Of a stretch of DNA of 64,000 nucleotides, positions 17,514-26,484 are shown piece after piece. Within the stretch, counting starts at the first letter, position 1. Every line of letters begins with the position of its first letter. Under the pieces are notes generated by a model. That model saw only the letters and a program-made list of their open reading frames with translations, ran no database searches and had not been told where the DNA came from. The position numbers were made by a program, and so were the translations under genes. Source of the stretch: Pseudomonadota bacterium (GTDB taxonomy: Bacteria > Bdellovibrionota > Bdellovibrionia > Bdellovibrionales > Bdellovibrionaceae); assembly GCA_041178425.1 (NCBI GenBank), contig JBEGVH010000040.1, positions 64,001 to 128,000 on the forward strand, written 5' to 3'.

Positions 17514-18388
17514 TAGGCACCTTTTTTCTTGTCTTTGGCACCCTTGAGATCGTAAACGCCGGCATCCATGGGCACCCCATAGACTTCGAAGAAAGATTGT
17601 TTGACCGTTTCTTTTAGTCGCATTTTTTCTTGAAAACTAACCTTGCTCTCGATGAGTTCAAAGATATGGGCGGCAGTGTATCCCTTTTTAATCATATAAA
17701 CGGTATCGATAATCATGTCTCTGAGTGACGACTGCTCTTCCGCTTGTCTCATGGCAAAATCGCTGAGAGGGAGCACCACAAAGTTTGCAACTCCAATTCC
17801 CCAGAATGTTGCGACAAGCGCGACGGCCATGGCTTTTCCAATTTCAGACACGCCACCGGCACCACCCACTTGTTGCATCATCTCAATCATCCCGGCAGAG
17901 GCACCAAGGAGTCCGAGAGCCGGAGGAAACTTGGCAATAGCCACAAGGATTTTGGCATCATCAAAGTACTTACTCACGACGGTTTCTTTTTTATCATGGA
18001 GAAGCTCCGAGAGTTGATCTTCGGTGAGTTCGCTTTTTGCGAGGGCGGCAAAGGCATCTTCGGCAAAAGGGTGTTTTAGTCGCGTTCGTTTCATCGGGTC
18101 GATGGCATAGGCGGCAGTTCCCTTAACCAGCTCAACAGCGACATCATAGCGTGTAATAATTTTTTTGCGAAACAAAAAGCCCATGATCACAAAGTCATAA
18201 ATATCTTTGAGTTTTGAGAGAGGAAACGCAAGAAATGTGACACCAAGTGTGCCAAGGACAACGAGCATGAGGGCGTGCGCATTCAAATACATTCCCGGGC
18301 TTGCAGCGTGCTTGATAACGCCAAAGTAAACAACGCCCGCAATGATGATGCCACCAATCCAATTGCTAAATCTATCGATTGATCCCAT
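17513..18388 (-). CDS. MotA family proton-channel subunit
   Basis: YLNAHALMLVVLGTLG, FPPALGLLGASAGMIEMM and IGKAMAVALVATFWGIGVANFVVLPL. Translationally coupled to the motB-like gene (TAATG). Confidence 0.9.
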   Translation of the reverse strand: MGSIDRFSNWIGGIIIAGVVYFGVIKHAASPGMYLNAHALMLVVLGTLGVTFLAFPLSKLKDIYDFVIMGFLFRKKIITRYDVAVELVKGTAAYAIDPMKRTRLKHPFAEDAFAALAKSELTEDQLSELLHDKKETVVSKYFDDAKILVAIAKFPPALGLLGASAGMIEMMQQVGGAGGVSEIGKAMAVALVATFWGIGVANFVVLPLSDFAMRQAEEQSSLRDMIIDTVYMIKKGYTAAHIFELIESKVSFQEKMRLKETVKQSFFEVYGVPMDAGVYDLKGAKDKKKGA

Positions 18389-18474
18389 AGACTCCCTTGA
18401 GATTTAATTGTCTCGTAAAATCCTAGTTTTGTCCATGGATTGCCAATGGTGATTGAGGATTTTGGATGTTTATC

Positions 18475-19317
18475 TTAAGACCTTCGATAGACTTTAAGTT
18501 CTACAGACTCTTTGCTTGAAATGACGTGACGGGGATAATGGACCCGCGAAAGAAAGAGTCCAGATGGTCTTGCTGGTCTACCAATCATTCGACGGTTGGT
18601 CATCGACAAGAGTCGAGTGAGTGCTTCAGCAGTTTCCTGTTTTTCTTGAAGTCTGAGTTGCGTGCCTACGAGATTGCGAATCATTTGCCGTAAGAATCCA
18701 TTGCCAGTGATTTCGAAGACAAAAAGATTTTTATGAGGTTGAGTCCAGCGCGCGCGATAGATTTTTCTTACTGAACTTTTAGGAGGTCGACCGCCCACAG
18801 ACTGGAATGTTTGAAAGTCGTGTTCACCGATCAGAACTTTTGAATAACTTTGAAGGCGACGAAGGTTGAGCGGGCGTGGATACCAAAGTGTGAAACGGCA
18901 GTGAATAGGCGAAGGCGTCTCGTCGTTCCAAACATAATAGCGATACGTTTTTGCATAGGCCGAACGATTCGCATGAAAGGCAGAGGAAACGACCCAAGCT
19001 CTCTTCGCACTGATGGTGGGAGGAAGAAGTGTTCGAAGTGCTTCAACGAGCGGTATTGTCTGGGGGTCCTTACTCACAGAAAAATGCACGTTTTGATCGA
19101 TTGCATGCACTCCAGAGTCAGTGCGACTGGCGGCCACACAGTGAATGGGCTCTTTGTAAATTTTTGAGAGAGCCCTCTCGAGAATTGTTTGCAGACTCAC
19201 CAAATTTTTATATACAAGTTGGGATTGCCAACCACAGAAACTGCTACCATCGTAAGCGATTCGAAGGCGAACCCGAAAAGGATTTTGAATTTTTTGTAGT
19301 TCGTCCTTGTGATTCAT
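18475..19317 (-). CDS. truA: tRNA pseudouridine(38-40) synthase
   Basis: IAYDGSSFCGWQ, ASRTDSGVHA with the catalytic Asp, GEHDF, GNGFLRQMIRNLVG and GLFLSRVHY. Confidence 0.95.
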   Translation of the reverse strand: MNHKDELQKIQNPFRVRLRIAYDGSSFCGWQSQLVYKNLVSLQTILERALSKIYKEPIHCVAASRTDSGVHAIDQNVHFSVSKDPQTIPLVEALRTLLPPTISAKRAWVVSSAFHANRSAYAKTYRYYVWNDETPSPIHCRFTLWYPRPLNLRRLQSYSKVLIGEHDFQTFQSVGGRPPKSSVRKIYRARWTQPHKNLFVFEITGNGFLRQMIRNLVGTQLRLQEKQETAEALTRLLSMTNRRMIGRPARPSGLFLSRVHYPRHVISSKESVELKVYRRS

Positions 19318-19473
19318 TCGCAGCTTTCAAAAAAGTAAAATTCAACTTGATGGATTTGAAGAATTCCTTCAGTTTGCATCAACGCAGTTCTAGCGGTGTA
19401 CGATATTTGCAATTGATAGACAAAGAGAAAACATCCCCTATGGGCCCAGTTTTTATAATGGAAATAATGGATT

Positions 19474-21792
19474 ATGAACGGAGAAAATGTGAAACAAATA
19501 CGATTTTTGTCACTCTTTATAGTTTCGAACCTTATCCTCCAGCCAATTTTTGCCAAACCCCTTCGAACAAAGTCACAGGCCGAGGCTGAAAAACGGGCCT
19601 TTGTTCAAAACTTAATCAGTCAGATGACTCTTGAAGAGAAAATTGGGCAATTGACCCAGTTTTCGAGCGATATGGATCAAACCGGCGCCAACCTCCGGGA
19701 GCAGTACATTCAGGATATTCGACAAGGCAAAGTAGGGTCTGTTTTCAATGCTTATACTCCCCAGTTTACCCGAAAGTTACAGAAAATAGCCGTCGAAGAA
19801 ACTCGGTTAAAAATACCGCTTCTTTTTGCTTACGATGTTATTCATGGTCATCGAACAATTTTTCCAATTCCGCTCGGAGAGGCGAGTAGTTGGGATTTGC
19901 CATTAATGGAAGAGACGGCTCGGGTAGCGGCTAGAGAGTCGGCTGCAGATGGTCTTCATTGGACGTTTTCTCCGATGGTGGATGTGGCCCGCGATCCAAG
20001 ATGGGGAAGAGTAGCCGAGGGCACGGGCGAAGACCCTTGGTTGGGAAGCGAAGTGGCGCGCGCGAAGATTCGCGGATATCAAGGAAAGAGTTTCTCAGAC
20101 CCCAACACCGTTCTTGCGTGTGTGAAACATTTTGCTTTTTACGGAGCCCCTGGAGGCGGTCGCGACTACAACACGGTTGATATGAGTCGACGAGCGATGT
20201 ACGAAACGTATTTACCTCCTTATCACGCCGCGGTTCAAGAGGGAGCAGCCACCTTGATGACATCGTTCAATGAAGTCGATGGCATTCCTGCGACGGCCAA
20301 TCAATGGTTACTAAAAGACTTACTTCGCATCGATTGGAAGTTTAAAGGTTTTATTGTGACAGATTACACCGCCATAAATGAAATGGTTTATCACGGGGTA
20401 GCAGAGGACGTTGAAAAAGCGGCTCGCTTAGCAATACGTGCTGGTGTGGATATGGATATGCAGGGTGCGGCTTATTATAATTACCTTTCGGCACTCGTTA
20501 AGCAGGGGCGGGTTTCAGAAAAACAAGTCGATCAATCTGTGCGTCGAATCCTTGAAGCCAAATATGATTTGGGTTTGTTTAAAGATCCGTATCGCCAAGT
20601 CACCGAAGAACGAGCAAAAGCTGTTTTAATGAATCCACAGCATCTAGCTGTTGCGCGCGAAGTGGGTCGTCGATCCATCGTGCTTCTCAAAAATCAGGGA
20701 TCGGTTCTTCCTCTAAAGAAAAACAGTCGGGTGGCTTTGATTGGTCCTTTGGCCCAAAACAAAAGAGATTTGATTGGTAACTGGAGTGCCGCGGGTGATT
20801 GGGGCAAGGCGATCACCGTGGCGGAGGGCCTGGCGGCTAAATCAGATATGAATTTGCAAATCTCCTACGAAAAAGGAGCAAATATTGTTGATGATCCAAT
20901 CTTGCTCCGAAGATTGAACGATCATGGCGCTTTGATCGATACCGATGAGCGAAGCCCTGCCGATATGCGGGCCGATGCTGTGCGACTCGCTCAGGTTTCG
21001 GATGTCGTTGTTGCCGTTTTAGGTGAATCTCAAGCGATGAGTGGAGAAGCGGCTAGTCGGGCTGATATTGGCCTTCCGGCTAATCAACAGGAGCTTTTAA
21101 AAGCTCTGGTGCAAACTAAAAAGCCAGTGGTGCTGGTTTTAATGAATGGTCGACCGCTCACTTTAGAGTGGGAAAATGAGAATGTGAACGCCATTCTTGA
21201 AACCTGGTTTCTTGGAACGCAAGCGGGGCACTCCATTGCCGATGTGCTGGTGGGTGATTATAATCCGTCGGGAAAGTTAACAATGAGCTTTCCGCACCAC
21301 GTGGGGCAGATTCCGATTTTTTACGCGAGCAAAAACACGGGAAGACCGAGTGATCCTAAAAACAAGTACACTTCAAAGTATCTCGATATTCCCAATGAGC
21401 CCCTTTATCCTTTTGGTTTTGGTTTAAGCTATACCACTTTTGAGTATGGTGTTCCTAAAATTGATAATGCAAGACTCTTCAAAACGACGAAGACCCCCAT
21501 CCATGTGAGTATTCCAATCACCAATACGGGGAAGCGCGCGGGCACTGAAATCGTTCAGCTCTACATTCGCGATGTCTTTGCTTCGGTCACTCGGCCAGTA
21601 AAAGAATTAAAAGGCTTCAAGAAAATTCGTCTTCAACCCGGAGAAACAAAAATTGTTGAGTTTTCGATCACTCTTCAAGATCTCGAATTCTACAACCAAG
21701 ACCTTAAAAAGGTGTCCGAACCCGGCGAATTTCGTATCATGATCGGACCTAATTCCTCCGATCTCAAAGAAATCCGCTTCGAATTGGAGTAA
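19474..21792 (+). CDS. bglX: Periplasmic GH3 beta-glucosidase
   Basis: MTLEEKIGQL, DVIHG, RDPRWGR, CVKHF, TDY nucleophile, SGEAASR and a C-terminal FN3-like ELKGF. The true start may be GTG at 19489. Confidence 0.93.
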   Translation: MNGENVKQIRFLSLFIVSNLILQPIFAKPLRTKSQAEAEKRAFVQNLISQMTLEEKIGQLTQFSSDMDQTGANLREQYIQDIRQGKVGSVFNAYTPQFTRKLQKIAVEETRLKIPLLFAYDVIHGHRTIFPIPLGEASSWDLPLMEETARVAARESAADGLHWTFSPMVDVARDPRWGRVAEGTGEDPWLGSEVARAKIRGYQGKSFSDPNTVLACVKHFAFYGAPGGGRDYNTVDMSRRAMYETYLPPYHAAVQEGAATLMTSFNEVDGIPATANQWLLKDLLRIDWKFKGFIVTDYTAINEMVYHGVAEDVEKAARLAIRAGVDMDMQGAAYYNYLSALVKQGRVSEKQVDQSVRRILEAKYDLGLFKDPYRQVTEERAKAVLMNPQHLAVAREVGRRSIVLLKNQGSVLPLKKNSRVALIGPLAQNKRDLIGNWSAAGDWGKAITVAEGLAAKSDMNLQISYEKGANIVDDPILLRRLNDHGALIDTDERSPADMRADAVRLAQVSDVVVAVLGESQAMSGEAASRADIGLPANQQELLKALVQTKKPVVLVLMNGRPLTLEWENENVNAILETWFLGTQAGHSIADVLVGDYNPSGKLTMSFPHHVGQIPIFYASKNTGRPSDPKNKYTSKYLDIPNEPLYPFGFGLSYTTFEYGVPKIDNARLFKTTKTPIHVSIPITNTGKRAGTEIVQLYIRDVFASVTRPVKELKGFKKIRLQPGETKIVEFSITLQDLEFYNQDLKKVSEPGEFRIMIGPNSSDLKEIRFELE

Positions 21793-21911
21793 GCCGTTTG
21801 GGCCGAGGTGCCCAGCGCTTCCAGCTCGTCGGAGCCCGAAGCTCCTCTCCGAATCAGCGCCTCTACCCTCTCTCGATCACCGCCAATTAAACTCATCCAG
21901 TTATCCAGGAA

Positions 21912-22064
21912 GATTGTGGAAAGGGAATTGGATCAGAGACAGCGGGCGGAGGGCTCCGAATAGCCGGAGGCGTTTTCAAGGAGGTTAACCTCCTTGAAAA
22001 TTCGGTGAGGGCAGGAGCCCGTCCCGAACGACGCTGGCTCTGATCCAATCCCCCTCCCACAATC
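21912..22064. repeat. 153-bp nested palindromic element
   Basis: Arms 21912-21944 and 22032-22064 match at 29/33. Inner GGGCTCC/GGAGCCC stem. Perfect 28-bp palindrome TTTTCAAGGAGGTTAACCTCCTTGAAAA at 21973-22000. Confidence 0.8.
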
Positions 22065-22139
22065 CCCCCAAAGTTAGCAATGTCATCCCTGCTGGCGAGC
22101 ACATTCTTTGCAACCCAAATAGAGCTTGCGGGAGGCTCT

Positions 22140-24926
22140 ATGTTGTTGAAACAGCCCTTACAGTTTATGATGCGTTTGTTGGTTCTTGGACTCTTTGTGT
22201 TTGTGAACGCCTGTCGAGGTCTTCAGAGTCAAAGTGCTAAGGATTTGTTTTTAAGCGGGCGCTTGCCGAAATCCTTAGAACGTTTGGCCAATCAAGATTA
22301 TCAGCTTCGCGCAAAGGAATCTGAGATTGTAGCGCGTGTTCAGAAAGACGCCTTAAATCCTAATCTTTTGACGGTGGCAGTGATTGATAATGGAATCGAT
22401 TTGGCGCATCCTGATCTCATTCATCAGTTGGCATTCGATGTTCGTGAGGGGCGCGTTGTTGGTGCCGGATACGACTTTATGGGTGAGGATGCTTGGGGGT
22501 CGTCGAATCTCATTAATGCTAATATTTTTGCTTTTGGTGCTAAGAGCATAGAAAAAGGTCTCATTGCAGGACCTCTAGAAAATCCAATTCAAACCTTGCG
22601 TGAAATGAACGAAGAATTTTGGAAGAGTCTCGACGGCGAGTTTGCAGCTCAGCCTCAACTCCAAAAATCATTGTTTTCTAAATTAAATCGGTCCAATTTT
22701 TCGTTGATTGGGGCTTTTAGTTTGGTGAATTATCAAAGTCTGTCATTAAAAGCCTACGAGAAAAATAAAAAAGAGAAAAAGCTTATTAACTTTCAAAGCA
22801 AAGAAAAAATGCTTAAGGACAGTCGCTTTGGCGGCCAAAAAGAAGTGGCTCAGTACATCGAGAATGCTTGGACATTAAATCCTGATCGTGGTCTTCCAGC
22901 AGAGGTTGCCTCTGCTGTCTTGCCAAGTTTGGAGCACGCGGATCTATTTTGGCAAGCCATTGAAAAATCTCTCGATAAGATGCCGGAGTCTCATTCTTTT
23001 AAGAGGGCTTTTAATTCCTATGTAGAATTTATGGCGCAACGAAGCCGTTCTTTTGATCGCGGCCATGATGCAACAATGATGAATCTCTTGCAGTCGCTTT
23101 CAAGCGCTCTCAGTTTTTCGAACACGTCAAGATCGTCTATCGATCCGTTGTCGGCCTTGAAGGTGAGTTTGCGAGATCTCTCGCGAACAGAAGGGGTTTT
23201 CTCGGAGTTCAGTAAAAATAGTTTATTTCAATCCGGCCGCTCCGAATCAGAGGCCCTGCAATCGACGATCAACCGATTTGAGTCGATTGTTCAGTTTAAA
23301 GAGAAGCAAGCATCACTCGCGCCAGATGAAGAAAAATACATTGCTGCGAGCAAAAAAATGATTGGAGCTTTACGTGAAGCCAGTCGTTGGGTGGTTGATG
23401 AGAGGTCTCTTGATCAAAGCGGTAAACGAGAAGATCTTGCCAGTGCTTATCGACGCTATGCCATTCGTGCCAGCCACCCTTTTTTAAGTGGCCAATCTGC
23501 CACATCGACGCATGGATCTCATGTGGGAGGCAAAATCGCCATTGCTCATCCAGACATTCGTATACTGCCTGTTCGAGTCACAACTCAAACGGTCGACATT
23601 GCTCCGGCCACCTTAGAGTTGATGAGAGCGAATTTTACGAAAGACTTTCAACTCTGGATCATGGAGCCCCTGGTTTACAAAGCCGTGGGTGAAACATTGG
23701 GATCGGTTTATCCTGATCTGGATTTTTCACCAAAGAGTCGAGCAGAAACCGCAAGACTTTTGATGAAGCGTTTGCAGGCCCCAATCCAAAGATCTTTTTA
23801 CAGTAAAGGTCTGGAGTACAAATTTTTGGGAGAAGTGAAAGCGGCCCTCGCCTTTGTCGGTGAACGCAAGGTGAAGCTGGCCAACATATCATTGGGTATT
23901 AATTTTGAAAAGGCTCCAACTTCGGTGAGATCAGAGAATCAGGAGTTTGCCCTTGAACGGGCCTTCGACTTTTTACGTTATGAATACTTTAAGTATCGAA
24001 TCGCTGAGACCATTGAGAAAAAGGCCCCCCACACGCTCTTTGTGATAGCTTCGGGAAATGACGGCAAATGGATAGACGGGCAATCGCGAAGTGCCCTTCC
24101 AGTGGATATTTCTTCTCCGTGGTTGGAGGAGTATCAAGAAGATCTTAAAATAGAAGCGCCCAATAATCGCATGAAGAATGTTCTTGGGGTCGGGAGTATA
24201 GATCCAAAACATCGTTTGTCGTCCTTTTCAAATATTCCAATTAACGTGCGAACGCCCTTTGTCTTGGCCGAAGGCGAGAGTGTACTTTCTGCTATTAAGA
24301 CGACTGATTTAGAAGCGGTTGAACAAATGATGAAAAAGAAATTTCCCGAAATCGAAAATATTTTGCGTCTCGATTTATCGAGTGGCGAGCTGAGCGGGTG
24401 GATGGAAGAAAACTTCAGGGGTTTAGAAGGTCTCTCCGTCGAAGAGCGCAAGGAGCTGCAAGACCATTTATCTCTCGGGATTATGAAAGATGCGGCAGCG
24501 ATTGGTGAAATGTTACAGGTTCTTAAGCTTCATCTTTTTATGAAGTTTCCGGAGCATAGAGCCCGCTTGACGGGAACCTCGATGGCAACCCCCACCGTGG
24601 TGGGAATCCTCTCTGAGAAGGTTATTGAAAAAGCGAAGAAATTAGGGGTTCCGGTAAAAGAACTGTATGATCATCCCGAGTTCACACCGGCTCGTTTGGT
24701 CGAGGATGTTTTTGCTCGTGCCGAACCACTCAGTCGGCGATCGGTCGGAATTTCGTTGGCGAAACTCGTCGGAGATAAAAAACAAGCGGAGGGTCCCTCA
24801 ATTCAAAAGATGGATTTGCAGATAGAAAAGTTTTTTAGCCTCGGACCTCAAGGAACCTTGCTGCAGGTTGGCGATTATCAGTCGATGTCTTGCCGTCGAC
24901 TGTTTTCGGTTGATTTTGCTCTCTGA
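22140..24926 (+). CDS. S8 (subtilisin-family) serine peptidase, probable lipoprotein, with large insertions
   Basis: VAVIDNG (Asp), THGSHVGG (His), ASGND (oxyanion Asn) and GTSMATP (Ser). GGAGG SD before ATG 22140; lipobox-like VNAC. Confidence 0.9.
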   Translation: MLLKQPLQFMMRLLVLGLFVFVNACRGLQSQSAKDLFLSGRLPKSLERLANQDYQLRAKESEIVARVQKDALNPNLLTVAVIDNGIDLAHPDLIHQLAFDVREGRVVGAGYDFMGEDAWGSSNLINANIFAFGAKSIEKGLIAGPLENPIQTLREMNEEFWKSLDGEFAAQPQLQKSLFSKLNRSNFSLIGAFSLVNYQSLSLKAYEKNKKEKKLINFQSKEKMLKDSRFGGQKEVAQYIENAWTLNPDRGLPAEVASAVLPSLEHADLFWQAIEKSLDKMPESHSFKRAFNSYVEFMAQRSRSFDRGHDATMMNLLQSLSSALSFSNTSRSSIDPLSALKVSLRDLSRTEGVFSEFSKNSLFQSGRSESEALQSTINRFESIVQFKEKQASLAPDEEKYIAASKKMIGALREASRWVVDERSLDQSGKREDLASAYRRYAIRASHPFLSGQSATSTHGSHVGGKIAIAHPDIRILPVRVTTQTVDIAPATLELMRANFTKDFQLWIMEPLVYKAVGETLGSVYPDLDFSPKSRAETARLLMKRLQAPIQRSFYSKGLEYKFLGEVKAALAFVGERKVKLANISLGINFEKAPTSVRSENQEFALERAFDFLRYEYFKYRIAETIEKKAPHTLFVIASGNDGKWIDGQSRSALPVDISSPWLEEYQEDLKIEAPNNRMKNVLGVGSIDPKHRLSSFSNIPINVRTPFVLAEGESVLSAIKTTDLEAVEQMMKKKFPEIENILRLDLSSGELSGWMEENFRGLEGLSVEERKELQDHLSLGIMKDAAAIGEMLQVLKLHLFMKFPEHRARLTGTSMATPTVVGILSEKVIEKAKKLGVPVKELYDHPEFTPARLVEDVFARAEPLSRRSVGISLAKLVGDKKQAEGPSIQKMDLQIEKFFSLGPQGTLLQVGDYQSMSCRRLFSVDFAL

Positions 24927-24960
24927 CAAGAAAAGAATTCGAAACATAAGAGGTGAACGC

Positions 24961-25755
24961 ATGGAACTTCAAAAATTACTTAGTAGCATGTGGATTGATT
25001 ATCGTACTTTAAATCCGTCGGCAGGAAAAATCTTTGATTTATTCACCGCCGAAGGGGAGAACGTGGTCAATGATCATATTGCTCTAAGAACATTTAAGCA
25101 TCCAAGACTCGGTTTGGAATCAATGGCCAAAACGTTTAAAATGTTAGGTTATTGCGAGATGAATGACTACCATTTTAAAGCAAAAAAACTTTATGCCAAA
25201 CACTACGAGCACTCTGATGAAACAATGCCAAAAATTTTTATTTCGGAGTTGTTGTTAGAGCAAATGTCGGTGGCGACTCAGGCTGCAGTTGAATCAATCA
25301 TCGAACAAATTCCTGATTCCGTAATCAATAGCCCGGAATTTTCCTTGTCTGGAAGAAGTTGGAATCTCTCTTACAAAACGTATGAGCAATTAGCGGCCGA
25401 AAGTGAGTATGCTTCTTGGCTGGCAGCGGTTGGTTTCCGTCCGAACCATTTTACGGTGTTTGTTAATAATATGAAAAAGTATAATACGATTCAAAAGGTT
25501 AATGAGCTTCTTGAAGCCCGTGGATATGCTCTCAATGCTTCTGGCGGTAAAATCAAAGGCACCCCCGAAGAGCTCCTTGAACAAAGCTCAACCATGGCAG
25601 AATTGGTGAGAGTGGGTTTCGATGACGGCTTCCATGAAGTGCCAGGTTGCTACTACGAATTTGCCCGGCGCTACCAAGATCAGTCAGGACGCCTTTATCA
25701 AGGTTTTGTTGCTACATCGGCCGACAAGATTTTTGAATCAACTAATCGAATGTAA
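24961..25755 (+). CDS. DUF1338 family protein (2-oxoadipate dioxygenase/decarboxylase-like)
   Basis: NDHIALRTF, PKIFISEL, ESEYASW, NHFTV, LEQSST, YYEFARRY and ADKIFEST. GAGG SD before ATG 24961. Confidence 0.88.
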   Translation: MELQKLLSSMWIDYRTLNPSAGKIFDLFTAEGENVVNDHIALRTFKHPRLGLESMAKTFKMLGYCEMNDYHFKAKKLYAKHYEHSDETMPKIFISELLLEQMSVATQAAVESIIEQIPDSVINSPEFSLSGRSWNLSYKTYEQLAAESEYASWLAAVGFRPNHFTVFVNNMKKYNTIQKVNELLEARGYALNASGGKIKGTPEELLEQSSTMAELVRVGFDDGFHEVPGCYYEFARRYQDQSGRLYQGFVATSADKIFESTNRM

Positions 25756-25789
25756 GTTTTAAAAAATAACGGTTCTTTCAAAGGTCAGC

Positions 25790-25821
25790 AACGAGCCCCC
25801 ATTGAGGGGCTCGTTTTTTTT
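25790..25821 (+). terminator. Rho-independent terminator
   Basis: AACGAGCCCC-CATTGA-GGGGCTCGTT stem followed by a T-run. Confidence 0.85.
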
Positions 25822-25854
25822 GGGCAAGGCATCCATGAAGTGTTCATTGGACCT

Positions 25855-26484
25855 CTAGAGCAATAAATTATGGCCGTAGAGATGCAGTAGATTGTCTGCT
25901 ATGGCTTCAAAATCAGAAGATTTTTTTAAGTCAATTCCAATGAATTTTGAGTGAAGATCGTTTCGGCGACAAAGCATATTTAAAGTAGAAAAGAGCATTA
26001 AAGTGATAAAGCGCGGATCAATGGACTCTTTGAGGAGATTGAGCTTTTTTGCGCAAGAGTAAAATTCCTCTAACATACGAAACACATCTAAAAGTTGATT
26101 CTCAAATCGGTGTAAAATAGATTTTGAAAGTACCTTTTCGCACTCTCTGTTGAGAAGGAGGTAGAGCTCAGGATCTTGAAGGTATCTGTTGAGCAGATGG
26201 TGAATATACAGATTCAAATTCTCAATAAAATCGTGCTTGGTCTGAGGGGTCTTTAAAATCGCGCGAGTCGACTCCCTGCCAATTTGAGTAAAGTCCTCAA
26301 GAATGGCATAGTAGAGTTCTTTTTTACCACCAAAGTGGTAGTTGATAAGGGCCGGGTTAGAACGACTCTTCAGTCCGATTTCTTTGACCGTCACGGAATC
26401 AAAACCCTTATTGGCAAAGAGCGACTTGGCGGCGCCCTTGATTTTAGAGGTCGTGTTGTAGGGGAGACTTTTGCTCAACTTCAT
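25855..26484 (-). CDS. TetR/AcrR family transcriptional regulator
   Basis: KIKGAAKSLFANKGFDSVTVKEI...PALINYHFGGKKELY HTH. The start overlaps the RND 3' end. Confidence 0.92.
   Translation of the reverse strand: MKLSKSLPYNTTSKIKGAAKSLFANKGFDSVTVKEIGLKSRSNPALINYHFGGKKELYYAILEDFTQIGRESTRAILKTPQTKHDFIENLNLYIHHLLNRYLQDPELYLLLNRECEKVLSKSILHRFENQLLDVFRMLEEFYSCAKKLNLLKESIDPRFITLMLFSTLNMLCRRNDLHSKFIGIDLKKSSDFEAIADNLLHLYGHNLLL

Noticed and set aside
16596..18388. Zorya (ZorAB) anti-phage system
   Set aside because: MotA has no long cytoplasmic tail, MotB has no OmpA domain, and no ZorC/D/E helicase or nuclease gene is adjacent.
21793..22064. CRISPR repeat or tRNA
   Set aside because: No direct repeats with spacers, no cas genes, and no cloverleaf or T-loop consensus.
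22096..22112. Sigma-54 promoter before the S8 peptidase (GAGCAC-N5-TTGCA)
   Set aside because: The invariant GG at -24 is AG here, which is too weak to call.
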